A stretch of DNA of 64,000 nucleotides. It comes from Bacteroidia bacterium. GTDB taxonomy: Bacteria > Bacteroidota > Bacteroidia > AKYH767-A > OLB10. Below are positions 40,528 to 51,060 of the stretch, piece by piece. Both the position numbers and the translations under genes were made by a program. The notes beneath the pieces are model-generated. The model was not told where the DNA came from and did no database searches. It was given only the letters and a program-made list of their open reading frames with translations. Location: contig DAOQTX010000002.1 in NCBI GenBank assembly GCA_035340715.1, positions 1,537-65,536 of the forward strand, written 5' to 3'. The stretch's first letter is position 1, and each line of letters begins with the position of its first letter.

Positions 40528-42015
40528 ATGAGACATTATATATCAGGAATGCTGTTTACAACAGCATTCCTTTTCATTCCTTTTTTTATTTCTGCACAAA
40601 ATCAAATAGATGCATTACGATATAGCCGAATGCAATTTGGATCAACAGCACGTAGTCTTGCCACAGGAGGAGCATTTTCTGCACTAGGAGCTGATTTGTC
40701 TGTTTTGTCAACCAACCCTGGTGGTTTAGGTTTGTATAGAAACGGAGATATAAATTTTACTCCTGCATTTTATATTAGAAGCGTTGATAGTAAATATCTT
40801 GATAAGAACTTAAGTGATAGTAAGGTGCAATTTGGATTTTACAATCTTGGAATCGTTGCTGTATCACAAAATGGATCATCTTCTCCTTGGAAAAGACACG
40901 TTATTTCTTTTGGATACAATAAGTTAGCTAGTTTTAATACCAATTCATATTTTGAAGGATTCAACCAACAGAATTCTTTACTAACCAATTTCGTTGAACA
41001 ATCGCAAGGACTGAGTGCTTCTACATTGAGCAACAACAGCGCTTTTGATCTAAATCTTGCTTTTCAAACTTGTGCAATAGATACTTCAAGTGATGGAAAT
41101 TATTATTCGGGATTTCCAAATGCACATGTAATGCAAAGCCGATTATTTGAAAGCAGAGGTTCGATAGGAGAGTGGTCGTTTGGTTATGGTGGTACGCTTG
41201 AAGAAAAATTATATCTCGGAGCATCACTTAATTTTCCTACCATTAGATATGATGAAGTTTCTTTATATGAGGAATCCGATATACAGCATGATTCTTCTTT
41301 AGTTTGTGGAGCCGATTTGGATGCCATTACGTATAGAAAAGATCTTTTGACCAAAGGGAATGGAATAAATTTAAAGTTTGGAATGATTGTACGACCTTCC
41401 GATTATGTGCGATTGGGTATTGCCATTCATACTCCAACTTATTTTGTAATGAAAGATTATTATTCATCGAGATTTACCAGCAACTTTACAGATGGCAGTA
41501 GCTATAGCGAAGATTCTCCTGCTGGTTTTTATCAGTACAACTTAACCACGCCATTTAGAATGCTAGCAAGTGTAGCATTTATGTTTGGTCAAGCCGGATT
41601 TCTGACGGGTGAATATGAGTATGTTGACTATGCCAATGCCAAATTAAAAGCTCCTGATTATTCATTTAGTCAAGAGAATTCAGCTATTAAAGGACAGTAT
41701 ACCTCATCACATAATGTACGATTGGGAGCTGAGGCTAAGCTCGACAACATCAGTTTGCGATTTGGCGCTTCTTATGCACAATCACCTTATGAAGGAGACT
41801 CACAATCTATTTCTGAATCGAATAGTAGAAATACTATTGGCTTTAGTGGTGGCTTTGGTTACAAATATGAAAATTGGTATTTGGATGTAGGATATGCATT
41901 CAACTCGTCTAAAGAGTATTATCAGCCATATACAGTCAATAATGGTCTTAGTCCGGTTAGTTTAGAGGAAATAAAGGAACATCGCTTACTGATCACTACA
42001 GGATGGCGATTCTAG
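40528..42015 (+). CDS. outer-membrane beta-barrel protein, FadL/PorV-like family
   Basis: Signal peptide. N-terminal ALRYSRMQFGSTARSLATGGAFSALGADLSVLSTNPGGL signature and terminal Phe. Confidence 0.55.
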   Translation: MRHYISGMLFTTAFLFIPFFISAQNQIDALRYSRMQFGSTARSLATGGAFSALGADLSVLSTNPGGLGLYRNGDINFTPAFYIRSVDSKYLDKNLSDSKVQFGFYNLGIVAVSQNGSSSPWKRHVISFGYNKLASFNTNSYFEGFNQQNSLLTNFVEQSQGLSASTLSNNSAFDLNLAFQTCAIDTSSDGNYYSGFPNAHVMQSRLFESRGSIGEWSFGYGGTLEEKLYLGASLNFPTIRYDEVSLYEESDIQHDSSLVCGADLDAITYRKDLLTKGNGINLKFGMIVRPSDYVRLGIAIHTPTYFVMKDYYSSRFTSNFTDGSSYSEDSPAGFYQYNLTTPFRMLASVAFMFGQAGFLTGEYEYVDYANAKLKAPDYSFSQENSAIKGQYTSSHNVRLGAEAKLDNISLRFGASYAQSPYEGDSQSISESNSRNTIGFSGGFGYKYENWYLDVGYAFNSSKEYYQPYTVNNGLSPVSLEEIKEHRLLITTGWRF

Positions 42016-43016
42016 TTTGAGTAGTGTTTAATAAACGCTTTAAGATTATTCCCAAACGTATCATTCATTTCTTTTGAAAAATCTGTTTGCTTGATGCGAT
42101 ATCGTTTGAAATCAACAAAAAAACTATTGTTGGGCAAATGACTACGATAATACGTGTACTTAGTATTGTTTTTTACTTTCAGTGTATCCAAGGTTTGAAA
42201 AGTTTGACTAATGATCGAGTACTTTCTTTGAATTGAAGGAGTATGATTTCGAGTATATAGTGAATCTAATAATTGATATGCTTTTAGAAAATGCAACTCA
42301 TATAATTGCTGATCATGAAGCTCATTCGAATAGAATTGGTATTGTGAAGATTCTTTAGAGAATTTATATTCTAAAAATAACCGTGCTCCTTGCTCACCTA
42401 TAAAGGTTGCCAGATTCTCATTGAAATCGATATCGTTTTTAATAAAAATGGTGCTATGCGTTAGTTCATGAATAATTAGTTCTGCTAACTTTCCTTCACT
42501 TTTGTTAAACATAGAACTTAAAATGGGATCTTTAAAAAATCCCAATGTGCTCCAAGCTGATGCCGGACTTAAATCAGTGTCAAAACCCTGTCGTATTAGT
42601 TCAAGTTGTTCTATAGTTCCTTCACCTTTATTGAAAAAACCTTTGTATGTACTCCGTCCGAATATGGGAAACTTCCATTCATGCTCCTCAAATGATAGAG
42701 CTTTGCAAGCACTAAGTACCCACAGAGGATAGTTATTTTGTTGATCATAAAAGGTAGAATAGTTATTCGTTTTTTTCAATCCCAGGTTCTCTTCAGCGAA
42801 ACTTTTTACCTCTTGAATAAAATTTATCTTTTGTTTGATGCTATCCGAAATCAGCGAGTCATTTAGAATAGTTTCAATTGGTATTGAATTCTGAATAATG
42901 TTCAGCTGCCCTTTTAATTGTTTAATACCATACGAAATGTGATGACGATTGACAGTAAACCAAACTCCGGTAATTATCACTAAGACGATTAGGGAGTAGA
43001 GAAGAACTTTCTTCAA
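42012..43016 (-). CDS. putative zinc aminopeptidase (HExxH), membrane-anchored
   Basis: N-terminal transmembrane segment and HELTHSTIF motif. Resembles the predicted-aminopeptidase family. Confidence 0.5.
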   Translation of the reverse strand: MKKVLLYSLIVLVIITGVWFTVNRHHISYGIKQLKGQLNIIQNSIPIETILNDSLISDSIKQKINFIQEVKSFAEENLGLKKTNNYSTFYDQQNNYPLWVLSACKALSFEEHEWKFPIFGRSTYKGFFNKGEGTIEQLELIRQGFDTDLSPASAWSTLGFFKDPILSSMFNKSEGKLAELIIHELTHSTIFIKNDIDFNENLATFIGEQGARLFLEYKFSKESSQYQFYSNELHDQQLYELHFLKAYQLLDSLYTRNHTPSIQRKYSIISQTFQTLDTLKVKNNTKYTYYRSHLPNNSFFVDFKRYRIKQTDFSKEMNDTFGNNLKAFIKHYSN

Positions 43017-43028
43017 GTGTGCTTGTAA

Positions 43029-44816
43029 TTAAAAACAATAGGAATTCGCTTCAAGCATGTGTCTGGCGATTCTGCGTCTTGCTTCTTTCGAGTTATAATT
43101 CTGAACTTTTGTGAAGCGCTTTAGTCCCATTTGCAACATTCTTAATTCATCTCCTTCGGCCATTGCTCCAATGGCTGCTTTACCGGCTAAGTTTATTCTA
43201 TCGGAGGCGGATTGAACATATACATTGAGCATGTCATGATATACCGATAACTTTTTTTCATCAATACTTCCGCTGAGTTTATTGACTCTCAAATAAATTG
43301 ATTCTGCAACGAAAATGTCGATCAGCATATCGGTTATGTTCATTATTATTTCTTGCTCTGTTACAAGCTTCATCATATACTTCTGTGCTGCAAAGCCTGC
43401 AACCATCAGAGCCGCTTTCTTAAAAGCGTTTATATTATTTTCCAACAGCAACATTGGATCATCCGATCCATTACCAAACTCTGGAATAGACATAAGTTCT
43501 TTTTGAACATTTGAAGCCGCTGTCATCAAATCCAATTCTCCTTTCATGGCTCTTTTAACCAACATATCCACTGTCAATAGTCGATTGATCTCATTGGTGC
43601 CTTCAAAAATTCTATTGATTCTGGAGTCACGATAAGACCTATCCATTGGATAATCGGTTGAGTATCCATAGCCACCGTATATTTGTACACCTTCGTCCAC
43701 TACGAAATCCAGAACTTCACTTCCAAATACTTTTATCATTGCACATTCCGCAGCATATTCTTCAGCGGCCGACAAAAGTGATTTTTCGTAACTCATTCCC
43801 TCAGACTGTTTAAGTTTTTCATCCTCATCAATCATGTGGGCTAAACGATAAAGTGTAGTTTCCAGCGCAAAGGTTCTTATTGCTTGTTCGGCTAATTTGT
43901 GCTTTATAGCTCCAAATTTTCCAAGCGACATATTAAACTGTTCTCTTGTATTTGCATATTCAACCGAAAGTCCGGCACTTCTTTTGCATCCACCTAAAGC
44001 AGCCGCAGCTAATTTTAAGCGACCAATATTTAATATATTAAATGCAATCAGGTGCCCCTTACCAATTTCGCCAAGAACGTTTTCAACCGGTACTTTACAA
44101 TCGTTAAAAAATACCTGACGGGTAGAAGAACCTTTAATTCCCATTTTATGTTCTTCATTGCCTAATGAAATACCGGGATATTCTTTCTCAATAATAAATC
44201 CTGTAAATTTCTCTCCATCAATTTTAGCGAATACAATAAAAACATCTGCAAAACCTGCATTGGTAATCCACATTTTCTGTCCATTAATGATATAATGTTT
44301 CTTATCAGCGCTGAGCACAGCTTTAGTTTTTGCTGCTAAAGCATCTGATCCAGATCCAGGTTCGGTTAAACAATAAGAAGCTTTTAATTCTCCGCTGGAT
44401 AGTTTAGGCAGATACTTCTTTTTTTGATCTTCATTTCCGAAATATAAAATTGGTAATGTACCAATACCAGTATGAGCAGCCATAGCCACTGCAAATGAAT
44501 GTCCAGCTCCCAGAACTTCTGTAATTAATGTTCCGGTAATAAAATCTTTTCCTAAGCCTTCATAACTTTCAGGAATACTAAGACTAAGCAAGCCCAACTG
44601 TCCGGCTTTATCAATCAAAGAAGCCATTAAACCTTCTTCCATATTGTCTATTCGATCGAGTATTGGAAAGACTTCTGTATTAAGAAATTCCTTACCCATA
44701 TCAGCCATCATTTTGTGTTCTTCTGAAAATTGTTCGGGAATAAAAGTGCTCATTTCAGAAGTGGGTGTGACTAGAAATGCACCACCACGCATTGTTTTTG
44801 TTTCTACCTTATTCAT
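43029..44816 (-). CDS. long-form acyl-CoA dehydrogenase
   Basis: 595 aa with the ACAD N-terminal, middle and C-terminal domains. Confidence 0.8.
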   Translation of the reverse strand: MNKVETKTMRGGAFLVTPTSEMSTFIPEQFSEEHKMMADMGKEFLNTEVFPILDRIDNMEEGLMASLIDKAGQLGLLSLSIPESYEGLGKDFITGTLITEVLGAGHSFAVAMAAHTGIGTLPILYFGNEDQKKKYLPKLSSGELKASYCLTEPGSGSDALAAKTKAVLSADKKHYIINGQKMWITNAGFADVFIVFAKIDGEKFTGFIIEKEYPGISLGNEEHKMGIKGSSTRQVFFNDCKVPVENVLGEIGKGHLIAFNILNIGRLKLAAAALGGCKRSAGLSVEYANTREQFNMSLGKFGAIKHKLAEQAIRTFALETTLYRLAHMIDEDEKLKQSEGMSYEKSLLSAAEEYAAECAMIKVFGSEVLDFVVDEGVQIYGGYGYSTDYPMDRSYRDSRINRIFEGTNEINRLLTVDMLVKRAMKGELDLMTAASNVQKELMSIPEFGNGSDDPMLLLENNINAFKKAALMVAGFAAQKYMMKLVTEQEIIMNITDMLIDIFVAESIYLRVNKLSGSIDEKKLSVYHDMLNVYVQSASDRINLAGKAAIGAMAEGDELRMLQMGLKRFTKVQNYNSKEARRRIARHMLEANSYCF

Positions 44817-44880
44817 AATACATTAAATGATTATTATAATACGAAAAAAAAGGCAATTAGTTTTAATATTCGGATATTAA

Positions 44881-46059
44881 TCAGAACATTTCGAAAACCC
44901 CAGCTGCACCTTGTCCGGTACCTACACACATGGTTACCATGCCGTATTTTAAATTTCTTCTTGTAAGCTCGTTGAAAAGCTGAACACTAAGTTTGGCTCC
45001 CGAGCATCCTAGCGGATGGCCTAGTGCAATTGCACCGCCATTAACATTTACCATGTCAGGGTTTAAACCTGTTTCTCTAATAACAGCTATGGACTGCGAT
45101 GCGAAAGCCTCATTTAATTCTACCAACTGAATATCACTGAGTTTAAGATTCGCTTTTTTCAATGCTTTAGGAATTGCTTCAACCGGGCCAATGCCCATAA
45201 TACGTGGACTAACTCCTGCTACCCCATAAGACAACATTTTTGCCAAGGGTTTATTTTTTAATTTTTTGGCAAAGGTATCTGAAACCAATAGCACAAATGC
45301 AGCTCCATCACTTGTTTGAGAAGAATTTCCTGCCGTAATACTACCTTGAGCGGAAAATACCGGCTTTAATGTATTTAGTTTTTCAACGCTGGTATCGGCT
45401 CTAGGGCCTTCATCAATACTAAATTGTATTTCTTTCTCACTGCGTTTATTTTTTTCGTTTAGAAATACTTCCTTGAAAGTATATGGAACAATTTGCGAAG
45501 TAAAATATCCTTGATCAATTGCTTTTATTGCTTTTTGATGAGAATGGTAAGAAAATTCATCTTGGTCGCTGCGACTAACCTTATATTCATTCGCTACGGC
45601 CTCTGCAGTAAGTCCCATTCCCCAATAGTAATCGGGGTTTTCTAATGCGACTTTCGGATTGGGTGTAATTCTCCAACCCCCAAATGGAATAGGGGACATA
45701 CATTCAACTCCACCTGCAATAATACAATCTGCTTGACCTGAAACAATTTTTGAATGCGCAATAGCTATGGTTTCAAGGCCTGATGCACAATAGCGGTTTA
45801 CGGTCATGCCGGGTACTTTTTCGGTATTCAAGCCCATCAACGATATCATTCTGCCAATATTGAGACCTTGCTCTGCCTCAGGAGTAGCATTACCAACGAT
45901 GACATCATCTATATCATTGGGATCTAATTCGGGTACACTTTGAAGCAGATGTTTAATAACAGACACCGCTAAATCATCAGGTCGAACATTCTTCAAAGTT
46001 CCTCGTGGGGCTTTACCCACTGCACTTCTAAATCCGGCTATGATATAGGCTTCCTTCAA
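44881..46059 (-). CDS. fadA: acetyl-CoA C-acyltransferase (thiolase)
   Basis: Active-site Cys in NRYCASGL, and the C-terminal GHPLGCSGA and CVGTGQGAA motifs. Confidence 0.85.
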   Translation of the reverse strand: MKEAYIIAGFRSAVGKAPRGTLKNVRPDDLAVSVIKHLLQSVPELDPNDIDDVIVGNATPEAEQGLNIGRMISLMGLNTEKVPGMTVNRYCASGLETIAIAHSKIVSGQADCIIAGGVECMSPIPFGGWRITPNPKVALENPDYYWGMGLTAEAVANEYKVSRSDQDEFSYHSHQKAIKAIDQGYFTSQIVPYTFKEVFLNEKNKRSEKEIQFSIDEGPRADTSVEKLNTLKPVFSAQGSITAGNSSQTSDGAAFVLLVSDTFAKKLKNKPLAKMLSYGVAGVSPRIMGIGPVEAIPKALKKANLKLSDIQLVELNEAFASQSIAVIRETGLNPDMVNVNGGAIALGHPLGCSGAKLSVQLFNELTRRNLKYGMVTMCVGTGQGAAGVFEMF

Positions 46060-46072
46060 TAGTAAAAATCAA

Positions 46073-46750
46073 TTAGTTATTTTCTTCTGTTTTCTGATCG
46101 TCTCCACCTTCATTATTTTGCTCATCTGTTGGTGCAACATTTAATTTTGGTGCTGTGCCATTAGGATTTTTCTGAGCTTCTAAAGCTGCTTTTCTGGCCG
46201 CTTCATCTGCTTTCTTTTTATCATCTGCGGCTTTTGCTGCCTCAGCGGCTTTCACGTCAACCCCATCTTTATAGATTACACTATTGGTTAGCGCACCTCT
46301 ACGGTTGTATGCGCGCCATTCTCCATCTTTTTGACCATATTTGTAATCTCCTTCAAGAGAAACCTCTCCATCATCAAAATACTTAGTCCATCGCCCATTC
46401 TTTTTTCCTCCTAAATACTCTCCTTCTATCCTCAAACTTCCCGAGTAGTAGTATCTACGATATACACCTTCTTTTACACCACTGAAATATTCAGTCTCTT
46501 CCATGATTTTTGTGTAGGGATAATAGCGCTTACTAATTCCATGTTTTTTATTGTTCAAATACTCAATTTCTTGAGTGATCTCACACATAGAATTGAAGTA
46601 CTTCCAAACTCCTTGCTTTTGACCAAATTCATCAGTTTTGTTTCTATGCTTTTCTTTTCGAGGAGCATATTTGGGTTTGTCTTCGGTCTGACTGAATGAA
46701 GCAAAGGGCAGTAGAGCCAGAAAAAGAATCAGGATTTTACGAGCAAGCAT
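46073..46750 (-). CDS. secreted MORN-repeat (YwqK-like) protein with a Lys/Ala/Glu-rich tail
   Basis: Signal peptide. Repeated Y-x-x-G-x-x-x-G-x-W units. Located between fadB and fadA. Confidence 0.5.
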   Translation of the reverse strand: MLARKILILFLALLPFASFSQTEDKPKYAPRKEKHRNKTDEFGQKQGVWKYFNSMCEITQEIEYLNNKKHGISKRYYPYTKIMEETEYFSGVKEGVYRRYYYSGSLRIEGEYLGGKKNGRWTKYFDDGEVSLEGDYKYGQKDGEWRAYNRRGALTNSVIYKDGVDVKAAEAAKAADDKKKADEAARKAALEAQKNPNGTAPKLNVAPTDEQNNEGGDDQKTEENN

Positions 46751-46793
46751 CTGACAGGTGTTTTTTATTTATGGGTTAAAAATAATACAAAAA

Positions 46794-49196
46794 TTAATTT
46801 CTGAGTGGCTTTCCGCTTGTAAGAATACTTTGTATCCGTTCGAGCGTTTTTTTCTCGGTGCACAAAGATAAAAATGCTTTTCTTTCCAAATCAAGCAGAT
46901 ACTGTTCATTTACATGTGTTCCCGAAGGTAAATCTCCTCCACAAAGTGCATAACCCAATTTCTGACTTATTTTTAGATCATATTCGGAAATATAGTTACC
47001 GGCCAACATGGAATTTGCTCCCGCATAAACCATTCCAAGACCGGTGTTGCCCATTATTTTTATCGGTTTTGGCGAAGGTTTTACATAACCAGATTCTGAT
47101 AATGCGATTACTGATTCTTTGGCTCTGAATATTTGTAAAGATCGATTGATTTCGATTTGATCGATACCTTTTCTCAAATAACCCAAGTTGAATGCCTCCA
47201 ATCCGGATGTACTGACTTTTGCCATAGCGATGGTAAGGAATCGGGACTTTAACTGATTCAATTCAATATCACCCTCGCTAATCTCTTCAGACAATCTTAA
47301 AGCAAATTCTTTAGTTCCTCCACCGGCAGGAATTAATCCAACTCCCACTTCCACCAATCCCATATAAGTTTCGGCTGCAGCAACAACTTTCGCAGAATGC
47401 ATACTGAATTCACAAGCACCTCCTAAAGAAAGGCTATGAGGGGCAAGCACAACAGGAACTGAGGAGTATTTTATCTTCATTGAAGCATTTTGAAAAGATC
47501 TAACAGCGAAATCGATTTCATCAAATTCCTGTTCAACAGCCATCATAAACACAAGACCAAGGTTTGCTCCGGCTGAAAAGTTCATTCCTTCATTGGCGAT
47601 GACCATACCTCGGTGATTTTTTTCAGCAATATCGATCGATTGGTTAATAGCGTTTAGAATTTCACCTCCAACGGTATTCATTTTGGTATGGAACTCAAGA
47701 TTTACAACATCGTTACCTATATCGATTAAGCTTGCACCTGAATTATTCCAAACCACATTGTTTTGTTTCAATATGGATAATGAAATTTTAGATTCTCTTC
47801 CCGGAATGCGCTCATAAGACTTAGTTGCAGTAGCGAAGTACGCTAATTGGTTTTCAGTTAATTGATAAAAAGCATTGGATTTATTCTCCTGTATGTTGCC
47901 AATCCATTTAGCTTCAGTTAAAGAATGTTCTTTTATTAATGATCTTCCATTGTCAAATCCTACACAATCCCAAAGTTCAAAAGGTCCCAATTGCCAACCA
48001 AAGCCACTTTTCATGGCATCATCAATCTGATAAAAATCATCACAAATTTCTCCGACACGATGAGCGGAGTAAGCAAATAGATGGGCAAGAATATGTCTAT
48101 AAAACTTTCCTACATCATCTTTGGTTTGTACTAAAAATCGAATTCGATCTTTTAAGTCGTCTATAGCTTTTGCCGATTCAATAGTTGCGATTTTTTTTCG
48201 TTTTTGCTCAGTATATTCTAACGTTGTAAGATCTAAAGAGAGTATGGCTTTCTTTCCAGATTCATTTTTGGTTTTAAAATAAAAGCCTTTACCACTCTTA
48301 TCGCCTAACTGATTGTTCTGCTTCATTTGCTGAACATAAGAAGGTAGATTAAACTCTTCTCTTCGTTCATCGTTTATGGCGTGTTGATGAAGTCCTTCTG
48401 CAACAAAGACTAAAGTGTCTAGACCAACTACATCACATGTTCTGAAGGTTGCTGACTTTGGTCTTCCAAACACAGTTCCGGTAAGTATATCAACATCTTC
48501 TATCGTTAAACTTGAATTGCTCATAAAATGAAATAAATTCACAATTGAGTAAACACCAATGCGGTTGGCTATAAAAGCTGGTGAGTCTTTGCAGATAACG
48601 CAATCTTTTCCGAGATATCTAGTGCCAAAATCTACCAAAAAATTGATCAACTCTTTTTCAGTTTCATTTCCGGGTATGATTTCTAATAAGGGTAAGTAAC
48701 GAACCGGATTAAAGAAGTGAGTTCCACAAAAGTGTTTTTTAAAATCATCGCTTCGGTTTTGCGTTAGAACTGAAATTGGAATGCCTGAAGTATTGCTGCT
48801 GATGATGGTTCCGGTTTTTCTGTATTGCTCTACCTTTTCATACAATGATTGTTTAATGGCAGGTTGTTCAATTATAGCCTCAATAATCCAATCGCATTCT
48901 GCTATTTTAGATAAATGGTCTTCTAGATTTCCACAGGTGATTAAATTTCTCATCTCCGGTAGATAAACAGAAGAAGGTTTTGATTTTAAGGTTTGCTCGA
49001 GAGCTTGGTTAACTATTCGATTGCGTACTCTTGGGTGGTCGAGTGTAAGGCCTGATTGTTCTTCTTGAGTGCTTAATTTGTTGGGAACAATATCCAACAA
49101 CAATACTTGTATTCCGGTATTTGCAAAGTGGCAAGCAATTCTTGATCCCATAACACCGGATCCTAAAACAGCTACCTTTTTTATAGAGCGATTCAT
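46794..49196 (-). CDS. fused 3-hydroxyacyl-CoA dehydrogenase / enoyl-CoA hydratase
   Basis: N-terminal Rossmann motif VLGSGVMGSRIA and a C-terminal crotonase fold. 800 aa. Confidence 0.8.
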   Translation of the reverse strand: MNRSIKKVAVLGSGVMGSRIACHFANTGIQVLLLDIVPNKLSTQEEQSGLTLDHPRVRNRIVNQALEQTLKSKPSSVYLPEMRNLITCGNLEDHLSKIAECDWIIEAIIEQPAIKQSLYEKVEQYRKTGTIISSNTSGIPISVLTQNRSDDFKKHFCGTHFFNPVRYLPLLEIIPGNETEKELINFLVDFGTRYLGKDCVICKDSPAFIANRIGVYSIVNLFHFMSNSSLTIEDVDILTGTVFGRPKSATFRTCDVVGLDTLVFVAEGLHQHAINDERREEFNLPSYVQQMKQNNQLGDKSGKGFYFKTKNESGKKAILSLDLTTLEYTEQKRKKIATIESAKAIDDLKDRIRFLVQTKDDVGKFYRHILAHLFAYSAHRVGEICDDFYQIDDAMKSGFGWQLGPFELWDCVGFDNGRSLIKEHSLTEAKWIGNIQENKSNAFYQLTENQLAYFATATKSYERIPGRESKISLSILKQNNVVWNNSGASLIDIGNDVVNLEFHTKMNTVGGEILNAINQSIDIAEKNHRGMVIANEGMNFSAGANLGLVFMMAVEQEFDEIDFAVRSFQNASMKIKYSSVPVVLAPHSLSLGGACEFSMHSAKVVAAAETYMGLVEVGVGLIPAGGGTKEFALRLSEEISEGDIELNQLKSRFLTIAMAKVSTSGLEAFNLGYLRKGIDQIEINRSLQIFRAKESVIALSESGYVKPSPKPIKIMGNTGLGMVYAGANSMLAGNYISEYDLKISQKLGYALCGGDLPSGTHVNEQYLLDLERKAFLSLCTEKKTLERIQSILTSGKPLRN

Positions 49197-49199
49197 AAA

Positions 49200-50972
49200 T
49201 TAATTTGAGTTCGAATATATTTTATTGATTAATGATTCGTTTGCTTTGAACAGATTTTTTCTCTTTAGTTTCAGTGTTGGAGTCAATTCGTTGTTGTCAA
49301 TAGTCCATTCACGATCGATCAATTCAAACTTTTTAATTTGCTCAACCTGGCTTAATGATTCATTTAAACGATTAATCTCGTTTCTGATAATGGATCTAAC
49401 TTCCTTGAGTTCGATCAATTCGTGTTGCGAAACCAAACTTATATTATTCGATTTACACCATTCAATCAGATAGGGGAAAGAAGGAACGACCAAAGCGGCT
49501 GTATATTTTTGGTTTTCCCCAATCACCATTATTTGTTCAATAAATGGCGACTCTTTCATTTTGTTTTCAATTACCTGTGGTGCAATATATTTTCCACCCG
49601 AATTCTTGAATATTTCTTTTTTGCGATCGGTGATTTTCAAATACTTTCCTTCTTCTAGAGTGCCTATATCACCCGTATGAAACCATCCATCCTTATCAAT
49701 GGCGCTCTCGGTAAGATCCGGTCTGTTGTAATATCCTTTCATTAAGTTTGGACCTTTGCTGAGTATTTCACCGTCCTCTGCTATCTTGACTTCAACATTT
49801 TTGATAACTGTACCTACTGTGCCAAATTTGGTATTGCCTTTGCCAAAATAATTGACAGATATTACAGGAGAGGTTTCTGTTAGTCCATATCCTTCCAAAA
49901 CCGGTAGCTGAGCAGCCCAAAAAACACGAGCCAATTTTACTTGCAATGCGGCTCCACCTGATACAATAACTTTGGTATTCCCTCCAAGTGCTTCACGCCA
50001 TTTGTTGAATATAATTTTATTCGCCAGTTTAAGCTGAAACTCATACCACCATCCATTTTTTCCATCGAGCTCGTAGCGTAGTCCAAGATTCAAAGCCCAA
50101 AAAAACAAACTTCTTTTTATACCTTTCAGTTCATTGCCTTTGTTTACAATTTTATCATATACTTTTTCCAAAAGCCGAGGGACACAGCTGAAAACATGAG
50201 GTTGTACTTCTTTAATATTATCCCCAATCTTTTCCATTGATTCGGCATAATAGATATCGACACCCAGATATAAATACAGATAGGTAAGCATTCTTTCAAA
50301 AGAATGGCAAAGGGGAAGAAAACTTAATGCTTTATGTTCATGATTTACTGGAACGCGATCAGCACTATCCAAAACATTACTCACAATGTTTGAGTGCATC
50401 AGCATAACTCCTTTTGGATTGCCTGTAGTACCACTGGTGTATAAAATGGTAGCTACATCATGCGATTTTATGTTTTGATTTCTATTCCTTAGTTCCTCGA
50501 CATGCGTGTTGTTTTTTCCGTTTTGAATAAAACTATCAAAGGATATCGTATTTGGGATAGCGTTAAAGGTGATGATGTATTCTAAAGAAGGACACTGTTC
50601 TTTAATACTTATTATTTTGTTGTAGATCTCTTCATCGGATATCAAAACCGCCTTTATGGATGCATCATTGATAATAAATGCATATTCTGAAGCTGTTATG
50701 GTAGGATATATTGGAATATGAATTAACCCTGCTTCCATGATACCCATGTCAGCAAAATTCCATTCTGGACGGTTATTGGATATAGATCCTACCTTATCTC
50801 CGGGTTTAAATCCTAACTCTATAAATGCATAACTAACATAGTTGGCATTTTCGACCAATTGCTTTGTACTAAAACTCTTCCAAGTATTATCTGTTTTACA
50901 ACTCAAACATTTTTCCGTTGGATGCGTTTGTTGTTGCCAGTACATGATATCGAATAATCGGCTTATCTTCAT
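49200..50972 (-). CDS. fadD: long-chain-fatty-acid--CoA ligase
   Basis: AMP-binding motif YTSGTTGNPKG. Confidence 0.85.
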   Translation of the reverse strand: MKISRLFDIMYWQQQTHPTEKCLSCKTDNTWKSFSTKQLVENANYVSYAFIELGFKPGDKVGSISNNRPEWNFADMGIMEAGLIHIPIYPTITASEYAFIINDASIKAVLISDEEIYNKIISIKEQCPSLEYIITFNAIPNTISFDSFIQNGKNNTHVEELRNRNQNIKSHDVATILYTSGTTGNPKGVMLMHSNIVSNVLDSADRVPVNHEHKALSFLPLCHSFERMLTYLYLYLGVDIYYAESMEKIGDNIKEVQPHVFSCVPRLLEKVYDKIVNKGNELKGIKRSLFFWALNLGLRYELDGKNGWWYEFQLKLANKIIFNKWREALGGNTKVIVSGGAALQVKLARVFWAAQLPVLEGYGLTETSPVISVNYFGKGNTKFGTVGTVIKNVEVKIAEDGEILSKGPNLMKGYYNRPDLTESAIDKDGWFHTGDIGTLEEGKYLKITDRKKEIFKNSGGKYIAPQVIENKMKESPFIEQIMVIGENQKYTAALVVPSFPYLIEWCKSNNISLVSQHELIELKEVRSIIRNEINRLNESLSQVEQIKKFELIDREWTIDNNELTPTLKLKRKNLFKANESLINKIYSNSN

Positions 50973-51060
50973 AAATCGTAACTTTGCATTTCGCTTCTAA
51001 TGAATATTACTTTATGTACAATAATAAACAAATATCAAGCATTTTCCGAAAGGAATTCAT

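Noticed and set aside
46073-46750. Annotating the MORN protein as a YwqK antitoxin of a toxin-antitoxin system
   Set aside because: It has a secretion signal and no adjacent toxin gene, so the database-style antitoxin label is unlikely to reflect its function here.
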